This document shows positions 38,524 through 52,348 of a stretch of 64,000 nt of DNA, in pieces. Position 1 is the first letter of the stretch; each line of letters starts with the position of its first letter. The stretch lies in the NCBI RefSeq assembly GCF_009914755.1, contig NC_060931.1. One strand, given 5' to 3'. The position numbers were made by a program, and so were the translations under genes. This stretch comes from the human T2T-CHM13v2.0 reference genome, Homo sapiens. Under the pieces are notes generated by a model. It saw only the letters and a list, made by a program, of their open reading frames with translations. It made no database searches and had not been told where the DNA came from.

Positions 38524-38650
38524 GTTCCAGTGACTTTTGTCGACATTGCTGTGTACTTCTCCGAAGACGAGTGGAAGAACTTGGACGAATGGCAGAAGGA
38601 GCTTTATAACAACCTTGTTAAGGAGAACTACAAAACCCTCATGTCCCTGG
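38524..38650 (+). CDS. ZNF282: ZNF282 exon 3, variant KRAB-A box (VPVTFVDIAVYFSEDEWKNLDEWQKELYNNLVKENYKTLMSL)
   Basis: Canonical 127-nt KRAB-A exon length, phase 0-1; ttag| acceptor and G|gtaagg donor. Confidence 0.95.
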
Positions 38651-39178
38651 GTAAGGACACCTTCTCTCCTCTTTGGTGAGCCATCTCTGCAGAGGGTTGT
38701 GAAATGCTTATTTGTCCACGTTAGCACCGCCTAGGCAGGTTGTTTCATATTTTTATGTAATGGAAACTCAGGAAACCATTTGCTTATAATGCTAGTAGGA
38801 TAGAACAGTTTACAATAGGATAAAAATTTAAAACCCAGTAACAGGGCCCATTACCATAGAACTCAACGTTACACCACTACCACGTTGGATTACAGTAAAA
38901 CAGCACCATTCGCACCTCACCACGCACCACATCCCAGCAGCCCGCGGTAAGCCATAGCTGGTCTGATGTTGGCTTTCAGAGACCAGCTCTTCCTACAGTA
39001 GAAATTTGGGCATCTATCGACTCGTTTTCAGATTACCCGCCTAACTCGCATAACTGCTGCCAAAGAGGGACACCCAGGAGGAGAGGGGGAGATGGGGTAG
39101 GGGAGAGTTCTCCCTTCCCCTTGCTGGATGCGTTGGTCAACTTCACTCAGCCTTTCCCTCCCTCCTCCTCACTTCCAG

Positions 39179-39298
39179 ACGCGGAGGGCTCAGTCCCCAA
39201 GCCAGATGCTCCAGTCCAGGCTGAGCCCAGGGAAGAACCTTGTGTGTGGGAGCAGCGCCACCCCGAAGAGAGAGAAATCCCAATGGATCCCGAAGCAG
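39179..39298 (+). CDS. ZNF282: ZNF282 exon 4 (120 nt, KRAB-B-like: DAEGSVPKPDAPVQAEPREEPCVWEQ...)
   Basis: Long pyrimidine tract with ccag|; donor CAG|gtgatg; phase 1-1, open frame. Confidence 0.9.
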
Positions 39299-40685
39299 GT
39301 GATGGCAGCAGAAGAGAGTGCGGGGTCCAGGGAAGGGCGAGAGAGGACAGCCGGCTTTCCGCACACTGCTGCCGCGAGGCGCCACTGTGTGTGCACCATG
39401 GGGCGAGGGTCTTGGGTGGCTCCCAGGGGCCAGTTCTGCCAGAGTCGAAATTTGGTGGTCACTTATAGGAAGAGATCTCAGGGCTCAAAATAGCACCCTG
39501 GATATTTGTGGTGTGGTTTGTTAAAGCCGCGTAGCTCTGGACTCTCAAGTAAGCTGGGTGGAGAGACGAGGAAGGGCTTAGGCTTACGCTACCGCCCCAG
39601 GCCCGGGCTCAGAGAGGCTGACAGAGGAGGGAAAAAGGAGTCTGCGGCGCATGTGGGGTTTCGCCCCGGCCCGTCGCTTATTGCTTGGCCTAATGTACAG
39701 CGTCATCACCTCATTCGTCGGCCGACACATGCGGCTCACCTGCAGGCTCGCCCTGCAAGCCGCTTGCCTCACTCAAGAAGGAATCTTAAGCCTGAGGAAA
39801 TCGGGCCCCCCGAGCACATCACACTTGATGAGCTCTTGCTGGGGTGGAAAGGGTGGAAGGCCCTAGGGTTCTAGGCCTGCCTCTGCCTTGGAAATCTTTC
39901 CTCAGGGTCAGCTTTCCTGAGCATTGTTGGATTAGGTGAAATCTGGTGCTCAAACTGTGTTCTCTACCTCATTGGAGGAACTTTTGCCTGTCTGGGCCCT
40001 CTGTCCTCCCTTGTTTTTTTGTTTTTTGTTTCTTTGAGACAGAGTCTCACTCTGTGGTTCAGGCTGGAATGCAGCGGTGCAATCTCAGCTCACTGCAACC
40101 TCCGTCTCCCAGATTCAAGTCTGCAACCTCAGCCTCACTGCAACCTCAGCCTCCCGAGTAGCTGGGACTACAGGCATACACCACTGCGCCCAGCTAATTT
40201 TTGTATTTTTAGTAGGGACAGGGTTTCACCATGTTGGCCAGGCTGGTCTTGAACTCCTGACCTCAAGTGATCCACCCGCTTCGGCCTCCCAAAGTGCTAG
40301 GATTACAGGCGTGAGCCACCATGCCCGGCCGTGTCCTCCGTTGTTTTTAAGTGGAGAACATTTTCCTGAAACTCATCTTAGAATGCAGCTCTCAAGGCCA
40401 CACTCTCTCCTCCTCCCATTCCCAGTCTTTCCTTTTTTTGAGATGTGATTTACAGACCATAACATTTACTGTTTTAAAGAATGCAATTCAGTGGCTCACA
40501 AAGTCATGCAACCAAAATCATTATCTAATTCCAGAACATTTCTACCATAAGAAACCCCACACCCGGCAGGGCACGGTGGCTCACGCCTGTAATCCTAGCA
40601 CTTTGGGAGGCCGAGGTGGGCGGATTAGCTGAGGTCAGGAGTTCAAGACCATCCTGGCCAACAAGGAGAAACCCCGTCCCTACTA

Positions 40686-40826
<141 letters not shown>

Positions 40827-40990
40827 CTACAGAGGGAGACTTCATCTCAAAAAAAAAAAAAAAAAAAAGAGGGCCGGGCGCGGTGGCTCACGCCTGTAAT
40901 CCCAGCACTTTGAAAGGCCGAGGAGGGCGAATCATGAGGTCAGGAGATCGAGAGCATCCTGGCTAACACAGTGAAACCGTGTCTCTACTA

Positions 40991-41227
<237 letters not shown>

Positions 41228-41676
41228 CTAATCGACTGTCCATATCTACGAATTTGCCTGTCCTGGGCATTTCCTCTAAATGGCTCCTTCCCTGTCTTCA
41301 TCAAGGACTGCAGAAGTTTAAGGTCAGCAGCGGTAGTAACAGCACCTAGTCTTATGGGGTAGATTTTTACATTTGAAGCACTGTAATCTCAACAGTTTCA
41401 GTTGGTTATCAAACCATCACTGAGCATGAGATAGAACAGGGATCACTGTGTCCTTTTTGTAGATGAAAAGGGTAGACCGGAACCCAGAGAGGCTAAATGA
41501 CTCATCCACTGAGTTGGTGCGGAGTTGAAGGCAGGATCCCAGTCTTCAGATTCTTTGTCTTCTCTCTTTCCTGGTGCCTGAGCCTCCTCTTGCAGCAGGG
41601 GGCGCCATCAGAAGAAAAGGCCCTGTTTGTTGCATGCTGGGCTTCTGTGTAGAGGCTATGTCCTTGTCTTTTATGC

Positions 41677-41881
41677 ACAGTGAGTCCTCACTTAATGTCA
41701 TTGATAGGGTCTCGGAAACTGTGGCTTTAAAGTGACATATAACACAACCAATTTTTCTTTCTCATCAATGTTATAACTAAACATCATAGAAGGAAATGAT
41801 GTTATTTGAGGATCTGCTATGTGTCATTTCACTTGAACTCACTGTTTCCAAGAACCTGCTGACGACAGTGAGACTGGCTGT
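41677..41881. mobile_element. Small TcMar-Tigger non-autonomous element (MER6-like)
   Basis: cagtgagtcctcacttaatgtc start and degenerate inverted end followed by TA. Confidence 0.5.
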
Positions 41882-42314
41882 ATAAGGAGGTTCTGCACTA
41901 TCTGTCCAACAATAGAGCTTAGTTGTGCCTTTTTGCCCATCCCCGCTTCTCACAAATCATATATATACACGTGTGTGTGCATCTGGCCTCAACCTGGCCA
42001 GCTCTTTCTGACTGGGGTGACTAACAAGGACTAATGACTCCCACAGAGAGGTCCAACTTGTGGCCCAGTCCTGATTAGGACCCAGCCAGTTACACAGCTC
42101 TAGGTTGTTTCTGAATTCTCTCTTCAGTGTCATCACCCCTCATTTTGCTGCTTGCCTAGCCCTTTTTCTTGAATGTTGGCTTCCTCTCTGCTCCTGAGAC
42201 CTTCTGCTCCTCAGGGTCCCCCATGGTTCCAATAGGAACCCGAGACCCCTGTCTTCTCCCCTGGCAAGTGCTGTCAGCCATGCTTCTGAGCCCAGAATGT
42301 CCTGGTGACCAGCA

Positions 42315-42438
42315 TGCAGAAAAAAAGACACAAAGCAATGTCATTCTCTGTTCCCAGGAGCAGAGCTCCTGGTGCCTGCAGAAAAAAAGACACAAAGCAA
42401 TGTCATTCTCTGTCCCCAGGAGCAGAGCCCCTGGTGCC
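42315..42438 (+). repeat. 62-bp direct tandem duplication spanning the ZNF282 intron 4/exon 5 boundary
   Basis: Copies 42315-42376 and 42377-42438 differ at 2 positions. Confidence 0.97.
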
Positions 42439-42539
42439 TGCGCAGGATGCGTCCTCCCAGGTGAAGCGTGAGGACACCCTGTGTGTCCGGGGTCAGCGGG
42501 GCCTGGAGGAAAGAGCCATCCCTACGGAATCCATTACCG
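42420..42539 (+). CDS. ZNF282: ZNF282 exon 5 (120 nt: GAEPLVPAQDASSQVKREDTLCVRGQ...)
   Basis: Acceptor tgtccccag| ending at 42419; donor CCG|gtgagt; phase 1-1. Confidence 0.9.
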
Positions 42540-43058
42540 GTGAGTGAGCCAAGCAGCCGTCCACACCAGGGAGGGGAGGGGAGGGGAGAGGGTTAGCATG
42601 GTCTGCCAGCCCCCAGAGTTAGCTGTCACATGTGCCAGGCCAGAGGGCTGAGCTCGAAATGGAAGGGCTGTGCATCCAGGGCTGGGCTGAGCCAGGATTC
42701 CTCCAGGAGATACAGACGTGGCAAACAGCATTGACAATTTGCTGGTACACCTGGGCTCAGCGTGTTCTGTTTCCTCTCTTCCTCATATTATCCGTTTGTA
42801 ACTATTCCATCTTCCCCTTTAGAAACAATATCCTGGCAGAAGTACTAAGTGTAAGGCTTCATGGGTGGGGGAACAGGGAGGTCAGGAAGACCTGTTGTGC
42901 CCTGACCAGGAAGGCCTTTCATTGTTTTAAACAAGTATTTATGGGCTGCTACCTCTGTGCCAGGCACCTACATACCTGCGGTCCTGTGAGGGACCTCCTC
43001 TTAGCTGGCATTGCAGCTGGACTCTGTCGTAGGTGAGAACTCTGTTATAGCAGATGTA

Positions 43059-43465
43059 TGTATCAATCAGAGTTCTCCAGAGAAACAGGACCTGTAAGGG
43101 TGTGTGTGGAAAAGAGAGATTTATTTTATTTTAAGGAATTGGCTTGTGATTGTGGAGGCCGGCAAGTCCAAAATTTACAGGGCAGGCCAGCAGGTTAGAG
43201 CCCCAGGGAATTGCTGATGTGGCTGCTGGAGCCTGCAGGCAGAATTCCCTTTTCCTTGGGGGAGGCCAGTCTTTTCCCTTAGGCCTTCAGCTGGTTGATG
43301 AGGCCCGCCCACATCATAGAGGGCAATCTGCTTGACTCAAGTCTACTGACTTACATGTTCAAATCTCATCTAAAAATATACCTTCATAGAAACAGCTAAA
43401 TAATGTTTGACCAAATATCTGGGTACCGTGGCCGAGCCAAGTTGACACATAAAATCAACAATCAT
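43059..43465. mobile_element. MLT2 (ERVL) LTR
   Basis: gttctccagagaaacag...ttaaggaattggct...gccaagttgacacataaaatcaac signature. Confidence 0.75.
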
Positions 43466-44192
43466 GAGACATATTAACATACTGTAGCCCTTTACTTATC
43501 CACAGGTTAGAGCTCCACAAACCTCATCCCCCCCTTAGTCAGAGCCTCACACCCATAGGTAAGTGCTCATAGTGTCTGGGTAGAGGAAAGCCCGTTCACT
43601 TGTCATCAGGCATGACCCTTGAAAGCATCACAGTATTAGGATCTTTAAGGAGATCTTTAAGAGATAAGAAGGCAATAAGGTGTAAATTAGGTTTCAGAGA
43701 CTCTGTAGAAGAAAGAGAGTATAGGGTCTTTTTCTTACATCTTAGAAAAATCCCATTCAAAAGATTTAAAGGCTTCTTGTAACATTACTTTATACCCCAT
43801 AAATATATACAACTATAATTTGTCAATATATAATTTAAAAAAAGAGGCTTTCTGGAAGTTTTCATCTTTCCAGAGGAAATACCTCTTTCTGTGGTGGTCT
43901 CAGCACCAGAATGGGAACCTCATTCTAAGGAGATTTAAGTTCCTGCAGCACAGAAAGGCTCTTTCTTAAAGACTGTAATGTTACTCCCCTGCAGCATCCT
44001 CTTATTTGCAGCAAAAGCTCCGTTAATTGGGGCCAAGCTGACTTCAACCTTTAGTTAATGAGACTTATGTAATTGTACCTGATGTTTAGGGGAAAGAGAT
44101 AATTGCATGAAATCAGAGATTTACTCAAAACACAAACTTGCAGGAGATTTCGCATCTTCTAACACCTTTGCCGCTCTTGTTCCCGCAAGTAG

Positions 44193-44306
44193 ACTCCCCA
44201 ATTTCTGCCCAGGACCTCTTGTCCCGGATTAAACAGGAGGAGCATCAGTGCGTGTGGGATCAGCAGGATTTGGCAGACAGAGATATTCCCACGGATCCCA
44301 ATTCAG
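44193..44306 (+). CDS. ZNF282: ZNF282 exon 6 (114 nt: [25 protein letters not shown]...)
   Basis: Tandem acceptor aag-tag|; donor CAG|gtgaga; phase 1-1. Confidence 0.9.
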
Positions 44307-45535
44307 GTGAGAACAAGGTCAGAATGAATCTTGAGGGCAACAAGTGTTTTTCAAAAGGAATCATTAAATTAATAATTTATTGTGTTTATGCAGCTGATAC
44401 TAAAATTACTTCAGCACTGATTTTTTGTTTTTTGAGACGGAGTCTTGCTCTGTTGTTCAGGCTGGAGTGCAGTGGTGTGATCTCAGCTCACCGCAACCTC
44501 CGTTTCCCGGGTTTAAGCGATTCTCCTGCCTCAGCCTCCTGAGTAGCTGAGATTACAGGCATGTGCCACCACACCTGGCTCATTTTTTGTATTTTTAGTA
44601 GAGATGGGGTTTCACCATGTTGGTCAGGCTGCTTCTGAACTCCTGGCCTCAAATGATCTGCCCGCCTCAGCCTCCCAAAGTGCTGGGATTACGGGCATGA
44701 GCCACCGCGTCCGGCCATTCAGCACTGATTTTTGAACAATAAAAACAACCAAAAAGCATCTAAAAGCTGCATATATTTCTGTGTCAGAAAATTATTTACA
44801 TTTTCTGGAATTTCTCTTGAGTGAATACTAGTTAGAAGTTTCCCAAGAAACTTGTAGGGAGGGTCTAGGCATTCAGGGAGGCATAAAAGAACAATGGAAG
44901 CCCCACCTGCCCACGACCTATGTGTGTGTCCATGTGATTGCAGAGCTGAGAAGTCCAGTGTCATTGCCTGGTAGTTAGGACACAAGTCTCATCCTACCCA
45001 CCATACCAGGGAGAGAGGATGAGAAGTTGAATCTAGGATTCCTTGTACTTTGTCAACTTCACCACAGAGAAATTGAGGGGACCCAGGGCAGAGGGAAAGC
45101 GGGGCCTTCCTGCTTCACTGTGGTTCTTATCAATGACCTCTGGTTGCAGCCTCTGCCATCGCTGGTTTCTAAATCATACCTGTTAGCCATGGCCCTGAGG
45201 GCCGTTATCTGGGGCTTTCTTCTGGCCTGTCCTGGCCCCATGGGTTCCTCTGGGGCTAAGTGGCAGAGCTGGGAGATCTGGGTTTTAATCCCGGCCCTGC
45301 CACTGCACAGACCTTGGGCTAAGCCTCCTTCTGGCCAACTTGAAATGCATCGAGCAGTGAGAGTCCATTTAGGAAGGGGCTTATGAGGGTAAGGAGGATG
45401 GCCTGGAAATGCAACACCGATACCAAAACATGCCCTGCAGGTTGCAGCCACCGCATGGGATGGTTTTCAAACCTTTGATGGGAGGCCGAGTAGAACTGAA
45501 CAAAATCTAAGACTGCCTTCTTTCCATGACAACAG

Positions 45536-45649
45536 AGTCTCTCATCTCAGCACATGACATTTTGTCATGGATCAAGCAGGAGGAGCAGCCATACCCATGG
45601 GGACCACGCGACTCAATGGACGGAGAGCTTGGATTAGACTCTGGCCCTA
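45536..45649 (+). CDS. ZNF282: ZNF282 exon 7 (114 nt: ESLISAHDILSWIKQEEQPYPWGPRD...)
   Basis: Acceptor aacag|; donor CTA|gtgagt; phase 1-1. Homologous to ZNF398 exon 8281-8394. Confidence 0.9.
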
Positions 45650-45821
45650 GTGAGTAACGTCCCCACCTAGACCCTGGGGTTTCTTCTCTGGAGCTGTACA
45701 GCTGAGGCGTGGACGAAGGCTGGTCCTCTTCTCAGCTCACCCCTCGTAGGGTGATGTTCTGTTGATGGCAGCGTTTCAAAGTTCTGCACCAAAGCACTCC
45801 CATTCTTTTTGGAGTGTGATA

Positions 45822-46280
45822 TTGTATTAGCTCCCCAGGACTGTCATAACAGGGTACCACAGGCTGGGCAGCTTCAACAATAGAAATTTATTCTCTCACA
45901 GTTCCACAGGTTGAAAGTCCAAAATCAAGGGGTGGGCTGGGCCTTGCTCCAGACTTCCTCTGAAGTCTGTATGGGATTCCTCCCTCGCCTCTCCCAGCTT
46001 CTGCTGGGTGCCAGGAACCTCTGGCACTCCTTGGCTTGTAGATGCGTTGCTGCAAGCCTCTGTTGTCACATGGTGTTCCCTTGTGTCTGTCCTCACATGC
46101 CATCTTATAAAGACACCAGTCATATTGGATCAGGGCCTCCCTACTCTAGTATGACCTCATCTTAACTAACTACATCTGCAATGACCCCGTTTCCAAATAA
46201 GGTCACATTCTGAAGTCCTGGGGGTTAGGACTTCAACATATTTGGTGGGGAGGGGGGAAGGCACAATTTAACCCTTTATG
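45822..46280. mobile_element. MLT1 (MaLR) LTR
   Basis: tgtattag...aaatttattctctcacagttc...tttccaaataaggtcacattctga signature. Confidence 0.75.
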
Positions 46281-46378
46281 GCAGGGAGGGGAGGAAGGGA
46301 GAGGGGCCGGGAGATTGCTGAGCCAGTGTGCCCGAGGCAGTTGACAGCAGCAGGTGGCTCACATGCTGGAAGACACTA

Positions 46379-46510
<132 letters not shown>

Positions 46511-46513
46511 TTA

Positions 46514-46663
<150 letters not shown>

Positions 46664-47028
46664 TCAAAAAAACCTGAAAGAAAAAACAAAAAACACTAGA
46701 AGTACCCCAGGCATCCCTGAGCTACCATCCCGGAGTCACTGATGAACACACTGAAGCTCAAAGAGAAAGGGAGGATTGTTTTCCCAACAGGTATGGAACC
46801 AAATGTCTCACCAGACTTGGGTCTCTTGGGTCTTTCTGAAGCTCCCTTATTGACCTATGACCCTAGGCATATGTTTATGGATTGTTGAACATTCTTAGCT
46901 CAGGCTAATATTCCTCGCTAAAACCCAGTACCATCCCCTTGCCCTCAACATGGCTGACCTAGTGTCTTCTGGCTGGTCAAAGGCTTAACAGAATAGCTGC
47001 ATGTGTGTTCCCTGTCCATATTTCCTGA

Positions 47029-47338
<310 letters not shown>

Positions 47339-47952
47339 TGACATCTTGAAGGAGCTTAAACTTCACGTAAGAGCGGAGGACATGGGTTGTTTCTGGTTCT
47401 GAACAGCCATTTCAAACTCAGGCAAGCGGATCACACTCTCTATAAGACAACTTAGTTCTAGAAGAGCCAGTGTGGGCCTGGAGGAATTGGCAGGAACGAG
47501 ATAGGAACAATGTATGTCCTTATTTCAAGTAGAATTGAAAGCGGTCCTCTTTGTAACTGCTGGCTTGGTGGGATGAGATGGGGGAAGCCAGGAAACTGGT
47601 GGTGAGCACCGGAAGAAAGCCAACTCCATCTCTTCCTCCACAGCTGGTAGGCTACCATTGCTAGCCCTGGCCCGAAGGCATAGGAACTAGTGCATCTGAC
47701 CTGGGGCCAGGAAATTCTGCCCAAACCCTTCCTTATCCCTCAATGCTGTCTTCTGATTCTTCCCAGTTGGCTAGGCGCATGTGGGCCTAGAGGAGCCTGT
47801 TCTTGGGGACTTGTGCTGTGTGGAAAGCAGTCTAGGAAGGCCCATAGAGAACTTGCAAGGATTTGCAAAGGACCCCACCATTTTCCTACTTAAGTTTGGA
47901 TATCATAGAATGATTTGCCTCATGTTGTTTTATCTTTTTTTTGTTTGTTTAA

Positions 47953-48105
<153 letters not shown>

Positions 48106-49037
48106 TAAAATGTTTTGTAGAGATAGGGTCTTGCTATATTACCCACGCTGGTCTGAACTTCTGGCCTCAAGCAATCCTCCCACCTGGGCCTCCCAAAGCT
48201 CTGGGATTACAGGCAGGAGCCACCAGGCCCAGCCCGTTATTTTATATTTGAAGGACCTTTGAACCCTAGCATTTGGGAGGAAATGCACAGAATTTAGGAG
48301 ATAGGAGTATCTGGAAATGGTTCTCTTGCCTGCCAAGTCACGACAGCCTCTTATCAGAACCTCTGTTCTTTCTCCCAAAGTGAGCCTGCTTCCTATTTAT
48401 CAGTGTTGGAATTTGACACTGGCCTGTCATCTGTGGTTTCTTTGATGTTTAAAACCAACCTAGTATTGTGGTTGCCAGGGACAGCCAGATGGTAGCCATG
48501 CTATTATGTGGAAGAGTCTTCTGGAAAGGGGATGGAGGGGAGAAGAGTCAGGGTAGAGAACACAGTGCAGACACGGGATACCTGTCCTTGCCAACTTCCT
48601 TCTCCAGCCCTGGGATATGTAAGAGGGAAATAACTGGTATCCGTTTGACTCAAAGGCAGACCTCAACCCAATTGGATATTACATTCTTGTAAAAGGGACT
48701 CCTGAATTTATTTATTAATGAGTGTATACTGAGTCTCGCTCTCAGCATGTTAGTGTAAGACAAGAAGAAGATTCAGTTTGCCCAAAGTTAATGTACATCA
48801 GTGCCTCCACTGAAGCAGGAAGCGTAGCTAGGACTCTGGAGTGCAGTGGCTAAAAGGTGCTTCCGGAGTGAGAGGTGGTAAAGATCCTGAAGCTGGGCCA
48901 CCATTCCCAGGTGCCAACACCCACAGAATATGACGTGAAAGCACCCTCTTGAAATTCCCACATTATTCACTACATTGGGTTAAAACAGTGGTTCCAACCT
49001 TTCATAGTTTATATTTTTTTTAGCAGGTATTTACTTA

Positions 49038-49364
<327 letters not shown>

Positions 49365-50429
49365 CTACAGCCTGGGTGGCAGAGTAAGGCTCTGTCTCAA
49401 AAAAAAAAATTGGGAGTGAAGAAAGACCTTTTCTTTTGTGGGAAGAGGATGAATAAGCAGGCCAGCAAGCAGGCAAGGTAAAGCCAGGATGCAGCAATGC
49501 TCTGAGAACAATGGCAGGGAGAACAGGAAGGAGTGTGGACATGAGGCAGAGCAAAGACAGAGTGGTCAGGAAAGGCCTCCGAGGGGAAGCGGTGCCTGAC
49601 TGAGTGTGCCCTTGGCAGTGGGAAGGAGCCGGCCGTGGGGTTGCAGGGGGAAGAGAAGACCAAGAAGAGGGAAGTGAAGGCAGGGCCATGGAGGCTTTGG
49701 GGAGGAGGATGGAGCCGTAGACTGAGGCACCTGAGCATGTATGACCTATGGGCCAAGTTAGAGTTTGGATTTTATTCTTACAAGAAAGGAGACTAGGCCG
49801 GGTGTCATGGCGGGCACCTGTAATCCCAGCTGCTCGGGAGGCTGAGGCATGAGAATCCCTTGAACCCAGGAGGTGAAAGTTGCAGTGAGATCATGCCACT
49901 GCACTCCAGCCTGGGTAACAAAGCGAGACCCTGTCTCAGAAAAAAAAAAAAAAAAGAGAGAGAGAGAGACTAATAAAGGGTATGAAATCGGACATGATCT
50001 GGTTTACGTTTTTATAGGATTTCAGGAGTGGATTGGCGGGGGGTGCGGAGCCATGTCTGAGGCTCATGCATTTGATGCAGACCAAGTGGAGAGATGCTGG
50101 TGGTCAGAGCTGGGGTAGCAGCAGTGCACAGGGAGAGAAAGGACAGATTCAGATGCACTTTGAGAGTGTCACTCATGGGTTGCCTGTGGGGGCTGTGGAA
50201 TCAAGACTGACTCCTGGGTCTGGGTCCTACAGAAGTGGGTGAATGGTAGTACTGTTTGCTGAAGTGCCAAGCCCTGGAAAAGAACCTGTGTTGCTGGTTC
50301 TAGTTTGGAGTCAAGAGTTCTAGTTTGGACCTATTAAAATTTGAGGTGACACTCAAGTAGCAGATCAAGTAGGTGAATATAGGAGTCTGAAGTTCAAGAG
50401 AGAGCTTGGGGATAGACTGATTTGGGAGT

Positions 50430-51150
50430 TACAGGTTGCAGTGACTTCCAACATCAGCGACCTGTAATTGGCCAAACCTCACAGGTTGAGGGCTCATGCC
50501 TCCACAGGACCGTTCTCTCTTCAGACACCAGCTGCAAATTTGGGGGTTCTAGGCCACCCTCACTTCTGACCAGCTGGCTACAAATTCTGGGCTTCCCATC
50601 ACCCCGTCATAATTTGCTAGAATGACTCATAGAACTCAGGAAAGTGCTATATATATCATTACAGTTTTATCACAGCAAAAGGATTCAAATCAGAGCTAGC
50701 CAAAAGGAGATCCATAAGGCTAGGTCTGGGATGGTCCTAAGCCTGAAATTTCCATTGTTCCCTCCCTGTGGAGTCAGGATGTGTCACCCTCCCAGCATGT
50801 CAACGTGTGAAAATATGCAGAGCATTGCCAACCAGGGAAGTTCGCTGAGCTTTGGCGTTCCGAGTTTCTGTTGGGGCTTCTTTATATAGATATGATTGAT
50901 TGAATCATTAGCCACGAGGTTCAGCTCAGTCTCCAGCCCCTTTCCCTCCCTGGAGGTTGGGCCTCAAACCCTAAACCTTTAGTCACGTGCTTGGTCTTTT
51001 CAGCATGGCAGCCCCATCCTTTGTCATCTCCTTAGCTTAAACTCTCTAAGATCCCACCATGAATAACAAAGGCACCCCTGTCACTCGGGAAATCCAGAGA
51101 TTTAGAGGCTCCTTCCCAGGAACCAGGAACAAAGGCCAGTCAAGTTATTA
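50430..51150. mobile_element. MER21-type LTR within L2 remnants
   Basis: cagacaccagctgcaa...ataatttgctagaatgactcatagaactcaggaaag signature. Confidence 0.65.
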
Positions 51151-51296
51151 CACTTAGGTTGTTCAGGACTATATGAGTTCTAGGGACAGTGTAAACAAAG
51201 AATTAAAGAGATCTTAGCTCTGAGCATGGCAGAAAACCAGAGGGGCAAGGTGTTACAGAGGCTGGGAGAAGAGAATCTCTTGGGGAGGGTTAACTA

Positions 51297-51698
<402 letters not shown>

Positions 51699-51940
51699 TC
51701 AGTGGAATGGCAAGGGTGCATGCCTGATTGGAATCATCTAAAAAGAATGGGAGGTGAAGAAGTGGTAAGGGCAAGTGCAGTGACTCTTGATGAGTCTTAC
51801 TATGAAAAGGAACAGAAATGACATGTGAGGAGCTGGGGCACGGGCCACATGGGCCTAGGGAGGGGGTTCTTTTAAGGTCGGAGATAACTAGACCATTGTC
51901 TCGGGTCAGATGCTCCCAACTACTTTAGAACCCTGATTCA

Positions 51941-52348
<408 letters not shown>

